This document shows positions 45,455 to 64,000 of a stretch of 64,000 nt of DNA, piece after piece (the first letter of the stretch is position 1; each line of letters starts with the position of its first letter). The position numbers were made by a program, and so were the translations under genes. This stretch comes from Salpingoeca rosetta (lineage: Eukaryota > Protista > Choanoflagellata), in NCBI GenBank assembly GCA_033442325.1, contig JAWQFM010000035.1:591096-655095 (forward strand), written 5' to 3'. A model generated the notes under the pieces. That model was not told the DNA's origin. It did no database searches and saw only the letters and a list, made by a program, of their open reading frames with translations.

Positions 45455-45873
45455 TTGGCGTGAGACGATGTGGGGGGTTGCGGGTGTCGGCAGTGGGAGT
45501 CACACGCGGACATGGCACAAAGGACAATGCAGCACAACAGAAAAAGCACGCAATGAACCTGCAGCAATGAATAACAGCATCATAGCGCCTCCACAGTGTG
45601 TGTGTGCGCGCGCGCGCGTGTGTGTGTCCAGGCGTGCGTGCATGTGTGTGTGCATGTGTGTGCGCGTGTGCGTGCGTGCATATGCGTGCGTGCATGCATG
45701 TGTGTGTGTGTGCATGTGTGTGTGTGTGTGTGCATGTGTGTGTGTGTGCGTGCGTGAGTGTGTGTGTGTCTGTACCGAAAGCGTCGATGACTTCGGAGAG
45801 GGCGATTCTCTTTTTTGATGGGGACGGGTTGAGGCCGCCGTTGTTTGCGCGCCGGAACTTGTCGGGATCAAAC

Positions 45874-45965
<92 letters not shown>

Positions 45966-47289
45966 GCAGTGGTGATATGTGTGTGTGTGGTAGTAGGAGT
46001 CATGGTTGGTAGTGTCGGTGTGTCGTGGATGGACACGGGCGGGAGAAGGGAGTTGTGCTGTCACATCACTTTTGTTTCCCGCCACCGAGCGGCGACGCAA
46101 GGCAAAGCAAACCCGTGCATATGTGTGTGTGTGTGCATGAAACGATACCTGAACTTGCGGCTTGCGGTGCTGAAGGGCGTGTTCGGATTCCTCGTTGATG
46201 TTCTGGTGAGAAACAACAAACCAACATACAAACACACACATACACACATACACGCATACACATGTACATACACACCCCCGTGGCGTGAGTGAGTGCATAC
46301 GTGACTGAAGACGCATGGCAGCACCAGCGCGCGCGATTGTGTGTGTGTGTGTGTGTGAACATGTCACACTGTCACAGCTGCAGCAGCCACGAAACACGTC
46401 GCCTGTCGTGGGAACACTATCACATTATCACAGCAACACGTGTTGCCGTGTACAACTGCACAACAGCACACCTCTTCGTCAGCACCTCGCATGGTCTCGC
46501 CACATATCACATCACATAACACCACACGTTGCATCAATCCAACAATCAGCGTTTGCACCACCGTGAACCACCGTGAACCACCGACCGCCTGCAACTTACA
46601 GCAAGGGACGATCCAATCTCGTTCATGGCATCATCGATATCGCGAACATTCACGCTGATGCCGGCCCTGTTCGCCGGCGCCAGACCATCAATGCCAGGGG
46701 GCGGGCCTACGGTGCCATTGGTGGTGGTGGTGGTGGTGGTGGTGGTGGTGGTGTGGGAAGGTGTGGGTAGGTGTGAGGGAAATGCAAAGGGTTGAGACTG
46801 CAGTGGACGAGACAAGAGAGCACACGCACACGCACACGTACATAGACACAGACAGAAACACCACAAGCAGACAAGCACACGTACACACACACACACACAA
46901 CACACAAGCACAGGCACACACATACAGACACAGACAGGCACACACAGGCACGCACACACACTAACAACACAGACACAGAGTCACACATCAGGACGATGGT
47001 GTGTGTACCAACCTGGTGGCTGTGGCACGTCTGGTTTTGCCTTGGCCTCCACTTTCCTGTCTATGGCTTCGAGCAAGAGTTGCTCTTCCGTCTTTGGTCT
47101 GTTGATGATTCCAGCACAGTACGAAAGGAGGGAGGGGGCAATGACTTGTTAGTTGAGGTGCAACGAAGGTGTAGTGCAAGTGGAGCTGCAAGCCAAACTG
47201 ACACACACGCGACAGAGATTGGTGCAAGCGCACGAGGACTGGTGCAAGCACGCAAATAAAGATCAAGACAAACCCTCGCACACATAGAT

Positions 47290-47333
<44 letters not shown>

Positions 47334-47897
47334 CAGCTCACACACACACGCACACACAAAGCTCACACAACACACGCACACAAGCAAACATTCGCATATG
47401 CATACACACGTCACTCACTGCTCAGTGCCAGGGAAGTGGGCCTTGGCATCGCCGTGCTCTTGGGTGTGAGGTGGGACGAGCGAAGCCTTTGATGAGCGCT
47501 GGCTCACTTTTGATTCAGGTCCTATGCTCGATGGCACAGAGCTCTGCCGATCAAGTGGAGCAAGCGGAGCACTGATGCCGGCTGGGGATGCCACATCGCT
47601 GATGCCGTGGTAGTGTAAGTCTGCTGCTGCTGCCGTTGTTGTTGTGACTGTGGGCGTAGGATCGTCACGATGCATGTTCTTCTGTATGCTGGGGCTGAGC
47701 CGGTCATTGTCGCTGTTGGTGGCAGTCTTGTTCTTTGCAACCTTGATGTGGTCCTTGTCCTTGCTTAAGGACGAAGGTGCGGAAGTGGAAGGGTTGTCAC
47801 TGGGCGCAATCTTGCTCACCACAACTACATCGTCGTCGTCTGCCTCTGACGATGGCACTGTCTGCACCTTGGTGCTTTTTGAAGCACCAGACCCCAT
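45346..47897 (-). CDS. Uncharacterised, largely disordered protein with N-myristoylation signal; 3' end uncertain
   Basis: ATG 47897 MGSGASKSTK (G2, S6, K7). Five exons with compatible phases: 47897-47419, QPKTEEQLLLEAIDRKVEAK (about 47098-47012), GPPPGIDG..DIDDAMNEIGSSL (about 46706-46600), NINEESEH..VQ (about 46203-46149), FDPDKFRRAN..EVIDAF (about 45872-45776). Last exon tentatively EKSASKVMKRGRS* near 45386-45346. Confidence 0.6.
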
Positions 47898-48041
47898 GAT
47901 GGCCTGGTGTAGAAGTTGTGCTTGCGTGTGTGTGTGTGTGTGCGTGCGTTGGAGCGTTGATAACGCCACTTGCACAACAGGAGAAAGCGGCCAGAGAGGG
48001 AGACAGAGAGAGAGAGTGTGTGTGTGTGTGACAGAGAGAGA

Positions 48042-48158
<117 letters not shown>

Positions 48159-48365
48159 ACCTTCCTTCCAACAACCTTCGTCCTGTTTGATTTTGTGGTT
48201 GTCAGGCGCACAAAGCTTTTCTGCGACTGAATTCAGTCTCAACTCCCAATCGCTGACAAACAGCAACAGCAGCAGCAAGACCAGCCAGCCACTCGCCTCA
48301 TTTCTCATCACCCGCCCGTCCACTGAGCGAGCAAGCGACAAAGCAAGACAGCAAGCGGAGCAAAG

Positions 48366-52445
<4,080 letters not shown>

Positions 52446-53016
52446 TCCTGGCACAGATTGGAACCAATCCCGCATGATGCAATGCATGCTTTCCTTCTCA
52501 ACCCCCTTACATGCGCCCACAGCACCCCTGGTTTTTTTATGTTTTCTTTCCACACAATTGCGTTCAGTGCGCCCCTCTTACGTCCGTCCGTATCTCATCC
52601 TCTCATCGTGCTGTTGGTTTATTCCATTGCGTGCAACGCAATCCATACAAGCAAGACACACTTGATGTTGATCCAACGAAGACACGTGTGTGTGTGTGTT
52701 GCAAGTCATTGAGTGAGGACGTACACACACACACACGCACACGCCTGTGCACACACAGCTTGTCAAAGTCATCAGAAAGCACATTGTACACAATGCAAAG
52801 CAAACAACCCACACGTATGTACACACTCAATGTCACTGCGTCAACGCACATTCCTTACTCACACGATCCACACAAACACGCACACCCACACACCCACACA
52901 TGGACACGCGTCAATACACACACCCACCCACCCACCCACACACACACACACACACAAAATGATTCGTTCAAACACGCAACGCAAGCATGTGTACATACAC
53001 AACATGTTCCCTTGCG

Positions 53017-53431
53017 TCATCTTGGCTCAAACACGGCTGCCTTAGCGGAAGCAATGTCCGCCTGTGTTGCATCAGGCCGCGGCACAAACGCCAGCAGCCG
53101 CTGTGGCCATCCAGCGACGTCCGCGTTGGCCAATGTCCGCATGACACCGACTAGTGTGCCGTCGTTGGAGAAGTAGAGACGCGAGTTGATGCGCAATTGC
53201 CCATCCACGACCTTGAGCAGGTGGTGAGTTGGCTTGCCACGGTACATGAGCGCAAGCACATCGCAGTCTTTCTTCTCCATTCTGTAGACGAAGAAGAGGC
53301 CGTTGTCTGCGCCCTCATGGCTCCGTATCACCACATCCGCCTCGACCCGCGACATTGTGCCATGATGGAACACGGGCTGATGTTGCTGATGTTGCTGATG
53401 TTGCTGCTGCTGATGCTGCTGCTGCTGCTGC

Positions 53432-53492
<61 letters not shown>

Positions 53493-56400
53493 GCGTGTCC
53501 ACTCTGCTTGCATTGTGGTCCTCTTCCTCTGCGATTGGAGCTAGCAGCGATGCCGAGGCACCTGATGAACACACACGCATGCACATGAACAACCGTTCGT
53601 GAGCAGGGCCACAAGCATGATCCCACAAGCAAGCATCATCATGTTCACACATACAGTACAAAGGACACACATTCAAAGCACAGGCATACCCACACATACA
53701 AAGCACACACATACACATAGAGCGCGCATTCACCCCCCCCAAACACAATTACATGTGCCATGCTCACCTTGCATGGTGCCTGGCTCACTAATGGCGCTGT
53801 CGTCCGCTTCAGCATGACCGCTGCCAACACCACCACTGCCTTTCGCTCTGCTGCCCTTGCTGGTGGGCTGGTGCTTGCGAGGCGTGCTTGTGCTCACTAA
53901 TGACGGTGATGTTGACACGGGTAGCCCGTCAACCACCCCGTTCCCAGCATCATGGTGACCGGCACCATCATCAATGACGCTGCCACCACCATACACACCG
54001 GCACCATCAGCCACGGCGTCATTACCGTCCTCTCCAACATCGCCTTCCTCCTCCATGATTGGGCTGTGCATTGGCAGTGGCTCCACAGCGGGCAGGTTGT
54101 CTTCGTCCAGGTCCACGTCCCGCGCCATGGACATGCGTCGTCGCGATGTGTTGAGATCTGCCGCCAGCACAAACTCGGACGTCCGCTGCGGTGACACGGG
54201 CATCAGCGCAATTGGGTTGTCTGCAAACGACCCACGTGTCTGAAGCAAGCTGGCGCCATCGCCTGCACCATCAGCCTGCATCAGTACCTGGAACGTGGCC
54301 TCCGCTGTTGCTGCAATGCCCATTGCGGATGCAAGCGCCTCCTGCAGCTGGCTCTCCTCCGCGCTGCCAGGAGTGGACAGTTTCGTCAGCACGTCAATGT
54401 GCAGCCGCAGTGACACGAGCACATGCACGGCGGCAGACACGCCCGATGTCACCGTGAACCGTGATCCTTGCTCCCGCTTGACAGTGCTCAGCTTCGCGTC
54501 TGCCTCCACATTTTCCGTGAGGAAGCGACCGAGTGCGGGCAGGGCACCCCCTGCGTTGCCGCAAAAGTTGGTGAATGCATCACTGCCAATGTGCATGATG
54601 TGGCGCAATGGTGCGCCAACGTTGATGGCAAGGGTTGCGTCCCTGCGTTGCACGTCCTTCAGAATCTGGATGGCCTGGCGACAGCTGACGATGCATGCGG
54701 CAACATCGCCAAAGCACTGGGCAAGCAGGTCTGGTGGCATCATGCGCTCCACCGCCAAGCCGCACACCTCCAAGTACTGCAGCACGTCTAGTAGATGTTC
54801 AAACTCAGACAGCAGCAACTCAAACCGCTGTGCCCGCTCCTCCAGGCTCTTGGGCAGCACCTGACCTGGCGCCTGCGAGGCGGATGATGGCGTGCGTGAC
54901 AACCCATGCTGTTGTTGCTGCTGTGTGTCTGCGAGCACGGTGCCGCCAGGTGCTGCTGCTGTTACTGCCATGTTGGATGCGCTTGTATGAGACTGCGATC
55001 GTGAAAGCGAGCGGGACATTGCTTCGCCTGACAGGGGGCGAGACGAGTGACGTGAGACCGTGCTACCGGCACCGCGACCAATGCTGCCGTCTTGACTTCC
55101 ACCGAGCACGCCGGTGGCGGTAGCATCATCGACCACGCTGCTGTTGTTGTCGTGCGAGGTGCTCAGGCGCATGCTGGCGTGCTGTGAGGACAGCGAGCGA
55201 TGCAGTCGGGTTGATCCCGCCATGCCCATGGAGCCACGCGATATGGTGGACTGTGGACGCGTCGTGCGTGCAGATGCAGTTGATGCTGTTGGGGACAACG
55301 ACGGTGGGGGCGATGATGTTGCTGGTCGAGCACACGCCTCGTCCACATGTGTTGTGACGCTACGCACGGAGGCATCGCGCGTGAGAGCACCCGTGGGCAC
55401 GACGGACGCCATGGACGCCCTGTTGGACGCATACACGCCAACGAAGGTGCACTGCACGCTGGGGTCGGCCTGAAACGCGCCGGCGGCCTTGGTGTCGCCG
55501 CTGCCACGACCACCTGCCTGCCGCCGCTTCATGAGCTCTTGTTTCTTCCTGCGCACGCTCGTCCACTCGCGCTCCTTGGAGAACACACGCCACGTGCCGG
55601 TCACGTTACCTGAGGAATCACAGGTGTTGGGGGGTGGGGACAACCATTGAGTGCGTGCGTGTGCGTGTGCGTGTGCGTGTCATGTGTATGTTATTATGTG
55701 TGCATGTGTGTGTGTGTGTGTCATGTGTATGCAATATTTGTGCATGCGTGTATCCGTGCCCCTTGTTGTGTAATAACAGCTCACAACCCCTCTTCACCAT
55801 CACCACCCCCAAACCCCCTCACCAGCTTGCTCGGCATGGTCGTCTGCGAATGCATAGGGGGCGCTGCTGTCGATGCTGTCTGCAATGATCCATGCGCCCC
55901 TCGCCTCGTGGAAGAACAGCACGACACCGCGTCCGCGCAGTCGGTACACGGGCCGGTCTGCACACACCTGCCCGCTGTACACGTACTTGCCGTTGATCTG
56001 TGGACGTGCAAGGGTGGGTTGGACGGTGGTGAGTGTGGTGGCGGTGAAAGAGGGTGGTGGGACGCAGGATGAGTGTGACGAGGGTGGAGGTGAAGGCAAG
56101 GCAAGCCAGTGCAGTGTAATGCAGTGTTGTGTGTCAGCTCTCATGTGTGGATACGCGGAAGTGTGTCGGATGCAAACTACAAGCGCCCAGAGGTGGGTGG
56201 CACATGTGCAACAAAACGCGGTGGACATGAACGATGGACTCGGCATGCATTCCGACAACAAACATGCGACACGCAACACAATAATGACACGACACGACCA
56301 TCACCCCCGTGCACCCAAATTTGATTCCACTTACAAAGGCGTTTGGAGAACTCTCGTGCCTGCCTGAGACGACAACGTCTGGAAAGTGCCCAGCCTGCGC

Positions 56401-57837
56401 CTGAACCAGCTCATGGCTGACGGGCTGATATTGGGTCAGGCCTTGCTTCATCGGCAGCACCCAGTACCATTTCTTGTCAAGTGTGATTGTGATTGAGGCG
56501 GAGGGGGGAGGAGGGGAGGAGGTGAGAAGGTGGTAGTTTGTGTTGTCTGGTGGTGTCATGGTCTTCTTGGGGTGTTGCAATACTTCAGTCACGCAGCGGG
56601 GGCACAAGACATGGTCTGTCACTGAAGAGGTGGTGACGCAGTGGTTCAGGTCACAACAGCAATAGCAAGACAGGATGTTCAATGGGAAAGGCAGATCCTT
56701 GCAACTGTGCACACACCGGCATGTGGCTGCTCTTCATCAGCACTTCGGCGAGCGAAAAGGTCACGCACCCGTGATACCTGACGCCTGTATTGTGAAAGTG
56801 GGCGTCAGTGTGAGATGTTAGTGTGAAATGCGATGCGAAATGTGTGCGCATGTGCCCTTGTACGACTCTGCACTGTGCGTGGCGTTTTGTGGTTGTGGGA
56901 TTGTGTGGGGGTGTTGAGGGAAGAAGGGACTGTTGCCAGACAGTGAATCTTCATTCGTCATGTGCACATAGAGACGAAGAAGGTCAGAAGATCGGCATCG
57001 AAACACAGATTGGTCTTGCCACCAGCAACAACAGTGCAAGAGCTTGAGTTGCTCTCCTTCATAGCCCATGGAGAAAGGGGCTTAAAGGATGGAAAAGGGT
57101 GGCGTTGGCACGTAAGAGCAAGGCAGGACCACAAGGGGGTGTGTGTGCACCGTGGTTTGTTTGATGTGTATTGTGTAACGTGCATTGTGTTGGTGGCGTG
57201 TGAGCCATGCAACTGATGTGTGCGTGCGTGTGTGTTGTGTTGTGGTGTGTGTGTGTGTGTGTGTGTGTGTGTTGTAGTGTCTGCATTCACAACGCAGCAC
57301 CTGTGTTGATGTCCTCGCCGACGATGCACACGTAAATGTTCAGCTTTGTTGCCTTGCTGTGGAGCTTGGCAATGGGAAAGAAGATGTCCTGCAAGCGGCG
57401 TATACGAGAAGAAGGTGTGATCACTGTGAACCTTTTTGTGATGGTTTGACAGGTGGAACATACATCTGCGACATCCTGAACCACACTTCGGCACACACAC
57501 ACACACAGAGAGACACACACACACACAGAGACACACAGAGACACACAGACACACACAGGCACACACACCTCGTCGAAGGTGGGGTTGTTGGTCGCATAGT
57601 GCTTTGCACTGAACTGCTTGAAAGGGGAAGAGCGGAGCTTCGGGCGTTTGGCCTGCAGGGCTTTCTCCACCTTGTACGGCTCCGCGGGAAGAAGAAAGAC
57701 GCGCGCCTGTATGATGCCGCCCTCCGACAACCTGTTGTTGAAGAGCTGCTGGCTCTGCAGCAAGGAAACGCACAAGGTGGACCCGCGGTGCAGCACTTGG
57801 AACACCACCGCCACCCGCCCTTGTTGGTCGGGCCTCT
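53017..57837 (-). CDS. Multidomain signalling protein: C2, small beta-rich module, disordered linker, degenerate DH (RhoGEF-like), polyQ, C-terminal SH2; start codon not located
   Basis: C2-like exons STLCVSLLQSQQL..QARVFLLP..TNNPTFDE|DIFFPIAK..LNIYVC|YHGCVTFSLAEVL|KWYWVLP; INGKYVYSG..RPVYR..WII; DH-like RFELLLSEFEHLLDVL..CFGDVAACI..VGAPL..AFTNFCGN..LTKLSTPGSAEESQLQEAL (about 54840-54300); SH2-like FHHGTMSRVEADVVI..NGLFFVYR..VLALMYRGKPTHHLL; stop 53017. Confidence 0.72.
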
Positions 57838-57887
57838 GAATCGTTCGAAACCGAGACGTCAGCATGATGTATGTATGTGTGTGTGTA

Positions 57888-57941
<54 letters not shown>

Positions 57942-58252
57942 GCTGTCGGCAACACGGCTCACTGGCGCAAGGGGATGTGCTGGGAGAAGGCACTGCCAAC
58001 TCACAAACAAGTGTACTAGCCCTCTCGCTCTGTGTCAAAGAGGGGGAACAACAACGAGGCCCAAAATGCGGCGTTGACTCATTTGGAAAGTTTACGGGCG
58101 TCATTAACAAGATGTGACACAACGGTAACGCCCACAATAAAGGAAGGACTGTATGACGGATGCGACAGAGCTATGCATGCGTGAACGTGTGTGCATCTTG
58201 GGCAGTAATGTAAAGGTGGCATACGTTCCGTTGCAAGGGAGGTGGCATTCAT

Positions 58253-62880
<4,628 letters not shown>

Positions 62881-62974
62881 CGCTGCTGTTGTTGGCGATC
62901 GAGGAAGGAAGGACAGCAGAAGCAGTGGAAAATCATCGCGAGTCATCCAAAATCATCACACGCAAAACGCAAAC

Positions 62975-63030
<56 letters not shown>

Positions 63031-63499
63031 CGTCACAATGCCGTGCCACACCACGCATCACACGTCGCGTCTTTCACATCACTCGCATCGCAACCCTTTT
63101 GTTGAGTGGCGGTTGTTGTTTATGGTGTGTGTGCGTGTGTGTGTTGAGCGAGAAAGGGGTTAGGAAGGGCTAAAGAGGTGATGTGCAGGCGACACAAGGC
63201 AACGAAACCAAAACGGGGAGAGGAGGGGGGGACCTTAAGCTACGGAAAACGCAAGCGAGGGGGGTGCTGTGAAGGAAGGGTGATGGCAAGAAACGGGGTG
63301 GAAGCAACAGAAGCCAACGAAAGAGATGGAGTGGTGGTGGGCGGAGTTGGGTAGAGGTGGGAAAGGAGAGAGGAAAGCCTTGTTTGTTTGCTGGCTTGTT
63401 GAGATCTAAGCTGAATGGTGCATATGGCGTTGCTCTGTGTGTGTGTGTGTGCACGTAGGAGAGGGCATTGTGGGACGGGGAATGTTGCGCCACATCCGC

Positions 63500-64000
63500 C
63501 TAGTTGTCTTCGTGCAGTTTCTGCAAACAACACAAAAGGATGTCAGAAATGAGCCGAAGCAACGTGGGGACACGGGCACGAGTGCAACACGCACACGTCG
63601 GCAGCAGCTGGGAGATGGTTCAACCGGGTCCCGTACGTGTGCATGTGTGCATGTGTGCCTGCATGTGTGCATGTGTGTCTGCATGTGTGTTCGTGTGTCT
63701 GCATGTGTGCATGTGTGTGTGTCTGCATGTGCACAACATGCGTGCGTGCAACATGCGTGCATCGCTGACCTGTATCCGGACTTTCACGCCGTTCTGGCTG
63801 CGCAGCACAAGCACAGACTCAAGGAGGGGCTCGTACTGGTGTAGCGAGACGCGCGCGGGTGGGGAGGGTTGATGATATGTGTGTGTGTGGGGGGGGGGGG
63901 AAGGGAGGGGGGTGAGGTGGAGCAAGGGTGAGGGATACATGTGGAGGGACAGGAAAACCGTGGTGGTGGTGGTGGTGTACAGGACGCAGCCAGCCAGATG
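63500..64000 (-). CDS. Last two exons of a tandem cytochrome P450 paralog (rest lies beyond the window)
   Basis: Exon 63835-63770 YEPLLESVLVLRSQNGVKVRIQ and exon 63520-63500 KLHEDN* match the final exons of the 58253-62880 P450 in sequence, penultimate-exon length and intron position. Confidence 0.8.

Overview
Intron-rich, GC-rich eukaryotic DNA with (CA)n/(GT)n/(GA)n microsatellites in almost every intron; gene content (receptor tyrosine kinase, SH2, ferlin, FAS1) and style point to a choanoflagellate such as Salpingoeca rosetta (inference). Ten genes plus one partial gene were assembled by hand from GT-AG exons: CAP (-); a head-to-head pair of paralogous type I surface proteins (one with 4 FAS1 domains, one with Thr/Arg mucin and small Cys modules); a DysF-type ferlin (-); an FN3 receptor tyrosine kinase (+); a TIR-containing type II LRR receptor (-); a small N-myristoylated protein (-); an SCCPDH-like oxidoreductase (+); a C2/degenerate DH/SH2 protein (-); a CYP4-clan P450 (-) and the 3' end of its tandem paralog. 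The most striking feature is at 39940-44315. A plant/bacterial-style TIR exon that keeps the putative catalytic Glu splices in frame to a Tyr-motif/PxxP cytoplasmic region, one signal-anchor TM helix, a Thr stalk and about 35 extracellular LRR/L-domain-like repeats: an upside-down (type II) Toll-like receptor lying tail-to-tail with the RTK. No rRNA, tRNA, CRISPR or transposase was recognised. Most short ORFs in the track are microsatellite artefacts. All domain calls are by eye, with no database searches.
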